Positions 56,753 through 64,000 of a DNA stretch of 64,000 nucleotides are shown here, one piece after another. How positions within the stretch are numbered: the first letter of the stretch is position 1; every line of letters begins with the position of its first letter. The notes under the pieces are model-generated. The model worked only from the letters and a program-made list of their open reading frames with translations. It made no database searches and had not been told where the DNA came from. Both the position numbers and the translations under genes were made by a program. The DNA comes from Naegleria gruberi (Eukaryota), in NCBI GenBank assembly GCA_000004985.1, contig GG738869.1; one strand, written 5' to 3'.

Positions 56753-57796
56753 TTACATTCACAATGAAATTACGCTATTTACGAACAAGATTTCAATATG
56801 TTCTTTAAACTATGTACGAATAGAGTGTTTGTTGTGGAATTTTGTTATTCCATTATTATATTTAGTTTTTACAATTGGATGTTTACAAAACGAGATTTTA
56901 TTTTTGACTTATGTAAAACGTAAATTAAAAACTATTCGAATCGAGACTACCTTTCTCATTAAGAATCCAAAAACGTGATTTTAAATTTATCAAAACAAAA
57001 TGCTAGAACACATCGCCAGGTATTTGGTGGCTTTCTTTGTGGGCTTGCAATACTGTGCACTCACGTAGTCCAATTCAAAGAAGCGGTTTCCAATATTGAA
57101 AGTATTGAATTGGCCCAATCTGAAGTTTCTATTGGTGAACAGGTTTCAAGTATTGTTGTTTCAAGTGAGCTGTCTCATAATAACGAATTAGTTTTGGTTT
57201 CGTCTCAGGAATTATCCGACATGTTTGGCAAAAAGATGAATTGTCATTGGATTAAGCAACATTTTATTTTGGATATTGTGGGGAGTTGGTAGAGATTTGG
57301 TGGAAAGATATTGGCGTTTCAAATCTTCATCCGAAAATGAAAATTCGAAACTTCCCAATAAGGAAGGCTCAATAGAATTCGAGTTCCAATAATTGTTACT
57401 CAAAATTATGGATCTGGATGTTATGATATTCAAACATTACTCAATGAACTCAACTCTAAATGCACAAAATACAGTTTCGAATTGGTGGCCGAATCTGAGA
57501 CTAATCCTCCCTACCTAATTCGATGATTCCACTCTCTACATTGTTAATGCAAAATTTTCTGAAAGTATTAACAGACCGAAAATGTACATTTGTGCTCATA
57601 CTAAAAATATGCTAGAATTGAAAAGTTTACAACCATTGGAACAATATCTTTAATCACAATTTATTCACAATAGATTATAATATAATCAATATTGTAAAAA
57701 ATTAATAAAAAAATAATTGGATTTTTATAAATTTCCTTTTTAGTCAATTTGTTCTATTTTAAAAAACTTTGAAAAATCAAAAAATTTCAAAAAAAA

Positions 57797-59881
57797 ATGC
57801 AATCATTTCAATCTTCACCACCATCCGAACCTCTTCCCTCCTGCTCTTCAACCACTTGCCAATCCTGCAGAAAACTCCACAGAAAATGTGATAAACTTCT
57901 TCCGTCCTGTTCCTACTGCACAAAAAGAGGCTACGTTTGTTGTTATGAAAAAACCAGAGATGAACAATCGGTTGTAATCCGAAAAAAGAATGAAAACCCT
58001 TCGTTAAATTATCATCTCCATCATGACAATGATACAACTCTTGTAAATAATAGTAATCATCATAATAATAATAATAATTTAGTATCATCTGGATTTGATA
58101 GTAGTAGTAATAATATGATGATGGTGATGAATAATAGTAATAATAATTTTAATGTAAATAATAATAATCAAAATAGGTATAGATCGGTTCCTTATCAATC
58201 GACTGCTGGTTCTTCGTTGATATTTTCCTCTCAAAGAAATGAAAACAATTCTATGAATTATTCAATGATGATGAATGATTATCAACAGCAGCAGCAATCA
58301 GCAGCTTTTGTAAATATTGCAAATATGTTTAATCAACAAATGCAAATGAATTACAGATTGGTGACAAATCAAACTTTGGATATTTATTATCAATATCTTT
58401 CAAATGGATTTCCAATGGCTGATAGGAGAGTTTTGGAAAGAGTTTTGGAGTATAATTCAATAACTGCAAATGATTATTCTGTAAATAATACATTATCATC
58501 CTCAATGATGAGTCACTTGTATAGTAGCATATCAGAGTTTGAAAAGGATCAGTGTTTATTATTTACATTACAGGCCATGTGTTTGCAACAACTCGGTCAA
58601 AGAGAAACAGCCAATTTAATTTACTCAAATGCAAGACAAATCATGGGTAAATATTTTGATGATCTCGATTCTCAAAGTATGATGGTTGCCATGACTTTTA
58701 TGGGATTGTATTTGATTGGAGAGGGTGAAAATAGGAAGGCCAAGAATATTCTATCATCTGTGAAGAGTGCTATAGCTCCGTATAAGAATCCAGCAGATGT
58801 CTTGCAAAGTAATAACAATCCAATGCCATCATTTTCATTGTCATCAAATGAAAAACAGCAAGATGATGACACCATTTCAGAATGGGTTATTACGCAACCA
58901 AAGTGTTTTACTTCATTCTTGGTAGATACTCAGCTTCGTGGATTGGAAGCTTATTTTGGAGAGGAAGAAAATCCAAAAACCTACATTTTGGATGGATTTG
59001 AAACTCTTGGAAATAATAATTTGAATCTTTCAAAACTACGTGAAATGATTCCTGATTGTAGAGTGTTGAATAAGGAAGCAATTGATAGCTTATTGTCGTT
59101 GCTCCCTGCTTTGGAGTGTCTAGCTAAGGTTGTCTTGACAAATTTCAACAAGGCGCCCACACTCAAACTCCTCTACTCTTTAATGTTCAAACAAGCTCAC
59201 TTGGACATTTTGAAAAATGCAGAAGAAAGTATTCGAGACATTCCACAAATCTTGAATGTTTGCAGTCAAGTAATAGAATTGACTAGAGATGAATTATTTT
59301 CATTTTTACCAATTGTTGCTACCAAACCAATTGTAATGGCCTCTACACTAAGAGTGCACTATTTCAGTTCGCTAGATTCAACTGAAAATTTCAATGATGA
59401 CCTGCGTGCCTTGAAAATACTCTCTAAAAACTTTAAGGCCATTCAGGCAAGCTGTGCTCCCCTCATTAAAGCTCTGGAGAGTTTGATCTATTTACAGCAG
59501 AGAAATAGTGCATCGGGAATAGAGTCATTATTTGATTTTGGAGAGGATATCTTTTCCATAGAGTCTCTTTCCAATTCATCACCAAGCTCATCAAATTGCT
59601 CGAAAGAAAATCTAACACCACAAACCATTTTCGATACCTATCAGTCAGATTACGCCCCACTTTTCCGAGACTTTGGTATAGATATGGAAATAGTTGATGT
59701 ATTCATTGAGAATATGAGTGAACAAGAAAAATTATTTCATAATGACAAGACGAAACTAGCAGAAAAGAGAATGGAACTTGTAGAATCTTTCAAGGCAATA
59801 TCTGGAAAGAAGAAGGATGTATTTGGCATTGTAGCTTGTGAATTTTTAAAGAAACAACTTCTTTTTAATGAAAATAACTAG
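57797..59881 (+). CDS. Zn(II)2Cys6 binuclear-cluster transcription factor
   Basis: The N-terminal motif is CQSCRKLHRKCDKLLPSCSYCTKRGYVCCYE. Poly-N tracts follow. There is a middle homology region shared with the 61710..63797 paralogue. Confidence 0.8.
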   Translation: MQSFQSSPPSEPLPSCSSTTCQSCRKLHRKCDKLLPSCSYCTKRGYVCCYEKTRDEQSVVIRKKNENPSLNYHLHHDNDTTLVNNSNHHNNNNNLVSSGFDSSSNNMMMVMNNSNNNFNVNNNNQNRYRSVPYQSTAGSSLIFSSQRNENNSMNYSMMMNDYQQQQQSAAFVNIANMFNQQMQMNYRLVTNQTLDIYYQYLSNGFPMADRRVLERVLEYNSITANDYSVNNTLSSSMMSHLYSSISEFEKDQCLLFTLQAMCLQQLGQRETANLIYSNARQIMGKYFDDLDSQSMMVAMTFMGLYLIGEGENRKAKNILSSVKSAIAPYKNPADVLQSNNNPMPSFSLSSNEKQQDDDTISEWVITQPKCFTSFLVDTQLRGLEAYFGEEENPKTYILDGFETLGNNNLNLSKLREMIPDCRVLNKEAIDSLLSLLPALECLAKVVLTNFNKAPTLKLLYSLMFKQAHLDILKNAEESIRDIPQILNVCSQVIELTRDELFSFLPIVATKPIVMASTLRVHYFSSLDSTENFNDDLRALKILSKNFKAIQASCAPLIKALESLIYLQQRNSASGIESLFDFGEDIFSIESLSNSSPSSSNCSKENLTPQTIFDTYQSDYAPLFRDFGIDMEIVDVFIENMSEQEKLFHNDKTKLAEKRMELVESFKAISGKKKDVFGIVACEFLKKQLLFNENN

Positions 59882-60073
59882 TTAATTACCTATATAATTT
59901 ATTTTTCTAGTTCAACAATGTCAACAATCTGAAAATGTGAAAAGAAGACATGAGTTATTATTTTAAGGAATTAAGAAAAGGTAGCTTTTTTAAATTTTAA
60001 TTTTTATTATTTCAATGCTTGATTGTTCAATTATTACATTAACAATATTGCACTGAAAGTGAGATTAATGGAT

Positions 60074-61441
<1,368 letters not shown>

Positions 61442-61709
61442 TTATTATTATTTACGAGTGTTTTGCAAGTTTCTCTATAATGGAGGACGAGCGATTTTTT
61501 TTTGTTGTGTTTTGTAGATTGGCTGTTACCCAGTTTAGTTTTAAAGCAAGTTTTGGCGGCAACTAACCGTAAACACAAAAGTTGTAATTTTTGGAGGGAA
61601 ATTTTGTAGGTGGTTCCAAGTACTATTGTCATTATACAACATTGTAGATTTTTAGAGTTCTTAAACTGATTGAAGTTGAAATACAATATTACTCATACAT
61701 ATACATGAT

Positions 61710-63797
61710 TTATTTCTGTTGTTGCAATTTTGCCTTTTCCAACTCCATTTCATAACTGAGTTGCTTTTGCATGAGCTCTGTTTCAATCACATGATAAACA
61801 TCCTTCCTATTGATTGCCTTATTTCGGTAGACTTGAACTAGTTGTAATTTTCTTTGATGCAAGCTCTCTATTTTTTGAACAGGATCAGTAACTTCTTTCT
61901 TAATCTTGTCTTGGTCCAATAGACAATTGACTAGCTCATCTATAAGATCAGCATCATCCTTCATCACTTCATTCAGAATAGGTCTGTGGTGTTCTATATA
62001 GTCATTATAATAAACATAAATACCTCCTTCAATATGTGGTTTCAATGTTGGTTCAATTTTGGAGGTAAAGTTACAAATTTCATCCACAGAAAATGGATTC
62101 ATGCTTCCATTATTTGATGACATGTATGTCAGTGTTTCAAGTGCCTTTATCAAATCAACACATTCTGTTTGGATGTATTTGTACTTATTTGAGAGTGATC
62201 TGAGAGCTCTTAGATCATCATTCACATTTTCATTAGGTCCTAGTTTGTAATAGTAATTTGCCCTCAGCGTGGTTGCTAAAATGATACCCTTAGTGGCATT
62301 GATTTGTAGATAGGGAAAGAATCTAGTCCTCGTTAATCCAATAATTTCACTCGAAACTTGTAAAATTTCATCCAAATCTCTGATACTTTCATCTGCATTA
62401 ATTAGAATTTCCAACCAAATCTGCTTTGTTGTGAGCAGCAAACCAAGCATAAGCAAATTATCTATATTTTGTGTTCTTTCACTCTCAACATATATCGTTG
62501 TGAGACTCATGAACGCTTTCATGATAGACCTCAGCTTGTGATACATTTCTTTGCCCAGTTTTTTACAACCTCTGGATCGTTCTTCTTCAGTGAATTTCAT
62601 TTTTCGGCTAGAAATTTCTTCAATAGCCTCGAAAAGATATGTATCCGGGTAGGTTTCTTCATATAGGTAAAGATCAACCAGTTTCAACATGGATTCAATC
62701 ATTAATGACGTAAAAGACTTGGTATTCTTCAATATCAGGTCTAGATCAGTATGTTCTTTGAGCTTCTCGTTTTTCAACAGGTATGGCTCTATACCTGCCT
62801 TTACAGTTGACATCATGACTCTAGCTTTTCTTCTTTCACCTTCTCCCAGCAAGTAGAGTGATGTAAATTTCATAGCGAGTAGGACATTCATCGAATCAGT
62901 ATCATCAAAATATTTTCCTAATAATTGTTTTCCTTGGTGATAGAGTTGAGTAGAAACGTCTCGATGACCCATCTGTTGTAAACACAATGCTTGTAGTGTG
63001 AATAAGAGTGATTGATCCTTCTCAAATTCAAACTGATTAGTGTAAAAATCACACCCAGAGGTTGAGAATGAAGGATGATACAAATTAGATTGATATTCCA
63101 AAACTTGTTCCAATTTCTTTCTTTCAACAAGTGGCATTCCACAAGCAATTACACCAAAATATACATCCAGAGTTTGAGTACTAACGAACCGATAATTCAA
63201 TTCGTTTTGCATTGGATTATTACTAGTTGTATTATTTCCAATCCTATTCAAACTATTATTTACAATATTTACATAAGGTTCTCCTCTCCTGACAATAGCC
63301 TTTGAATTTCCACTCGAAGAGACAACTGATTCATTCACTGAAACAAAATCAGCACCATTCACGCTACTTCTCACATTGGTAGTTCCTCTGTATGATGATA
63401 TTTCAGAACATTGATCCATTGTTGGCTGATTCATTTGGTGTGATAACTGTCTTTGCTTTCTTCCTTCATCGACAAACACAAACTTTGGTTGATTTGGTTT
63501 TGCAGCTCTCTTTGGTTTTTCATACGTACAATTGTATCCTCTCTTCAAACAATAGGAACAGGATGGCAGTAATTTATCACACTTTCTGTGTAATTGACGA
63601 CAGGACAAACATGAGTATTCACTCTTTTCAACCATCAAAACCACAATCTGAGGAGTAGCCGAAGTCGACGATGAAGAATTAATTGATTGTCCCAAACTAT
63701 TCTCACAATTAACCATACTATAATTACTAGTGCATTGATCATTATTTGGCATGATCATCATACTCGAATAATATCCTCCTCCATTTAAATTATTCAT
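61710..63797 (-). CDS. Zn(II)2Cys6 binuclear-cluster transcription factor (paralogue of 57797..59881)
   Basis: The motif is CLSCRQLHRKCDKLLPSCSYCLKRGYNCTYE. Blocks shared with the paralogue include QTLDVYF, LEQVLEY, FEKDQSLLFTLQALCLQQMG, GKYFDD and LYLLGEGERRKAR. Confidence 0.8.
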   Translation of the reverse strand: MNNLNGGGYYSSMMIMPNNDQCTSNYSMVNCENSLGQSINSSSSTSATPQIVVLMVEKSEYSCLSCRQLHRKCDKLLPSCSYCLKRGYNCTYEKPKRAAKPNQPKFVFVDEGRKQRQLSHQMNQPTMDQCSEISSYRGTTNVRSSVNGADFVSVNESVVSSSGNSKAIVRRGEPYVNIVNNSLNRIGNNTTSNNPMQNELNYRFVSTQTLDVYFGVIACGMPLVERKKLEQVLEYQSNLYHPSFSTSGCDFYTNQFEFEKDQSLLFTLQALCLQQMGHRDVSTQLYHQGKQLLGKYFDDTDSMNVLLAMKFTSLYLLGEGERRKARVMMSTVKAGIEPYLLKNEKLKEHTDLDLILKNTKSFTSLMIESMLKLVDLYLYEETYPDTYLFEAIEEISSRKMKFTEEERSRGCKKLGKEMYHKLRSIMKAFMSLTTIYVESERTQNIDNLLMLGLLLTTKQIWLEILINADESIRDLDEILQVSSEIIGLTRTRFFPYLQINATKGIILATTLRANYYYKLGPNENVNDDLRALRSLSNKYKYIQTECVDLIKALETLTYMSSNNGSMNPFSVDEICNFTSKIEPTLKPHIEGGIYVYYNDYIEHHRPILNEVMKDDADLIDELVNCLLDQDKIKKEVTDPVQKIESLHQRKLQLVQVYRNKAINRKDVYHVIETELMQKQLSYEMELEKAKLQQQK

Positions 63798-63816
63798 ATT
63801 TAAATTATTATTATTA

Positions 63817-64000
63817 TTAATTCATATTCATCTCCGAAGAATTAATTTGCTCATTCATTGGTGGTTGTTGGAATTGTTCTGGATACAGAAAACTTTCAAA
63901 TTCATCATCGTCATTAACTCCACTCCAACCAATATTATTACTATCATAACCCGATGAATGGATCATTCGAAACTCTATTTTGGCGCCTTTTTTTTGATAT
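63817..64000 (-). CDS. 3' end of an unidentified gene running in from beyond the window end
   Basis: The reverse-strand frame is open to the window edge and ends ...PPMNEQINSSEMNMN followed by TAA (63817..63819). Confidence 0.25.
   Translation of the reverse strand, partial: YQKKGAKIEFRMIHSSGYDSNNIGWSGVNDDDEFESFLYPEQFQQPPMNEQINSSEMNMN

Overview
This window is AT-rich eukaryotic nuclear DNA. It is not a prokaryotic island, and it has no CRISPR array, operons or bacterial defence system. Genes are spliced with short GT-AG introns of about 35-400 nt, with donors GTAAGT or GTATGT and branch sites resembling TACTAAC or CTAAC. Coding regions contain Asn/Ser/Gln-rich low-complexity tracts. The gene content points to an early-diverging fungus or an amoebozoan-like protist: two Zn(II)2Cys6 binuclear-cluster transcription factors, a hybrid histidine kinase, two Rac/Rho GTPases, a 2400-aa RasGEF, two MYND-finger proteins, alpha-tubulin, a SNAP-family protein, a cathepsin-B-like protease and three nuclear tRNA genes. 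I cannot name the species. The ORF track uses ATG, GTG and TTG as starts, so several listed 'M' starts are artefacts and I re-set them to the first in-frame ATG. Among these eukaryotic genes sit several bacterial-type genes that are clearly integrated, with eukaryotic introns, signal peptides and eukaryotic neighbours. They are a peptidase S13 (PBP4/DacB) D-Ala-D-Ala carboxypeptidase, a Peptidase_C39-like cysteine peptidase domain, a truncated GH39 pseudogene, a giant cadherin-like/VCBS tandem-repeat protein and a multi-PPC-domain surface protein. The most novel candidate is at 35.7-36.7 kb. A GC-rich secreted protein with repeated acidic-helix / poly-Arg-Gly / Gln-Pro-Glu modules lies directly upstream of, and may be spliced onto, the C39-like peptidase. 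This would be a self-contained precursor-plus-processing-peptidase unit. Several genes show frame disruptions: the GH39 copy, the PPC gene and a cathepsin copy that lacks its active site. These are either real pseudogenisation or indel errors in the assembly.
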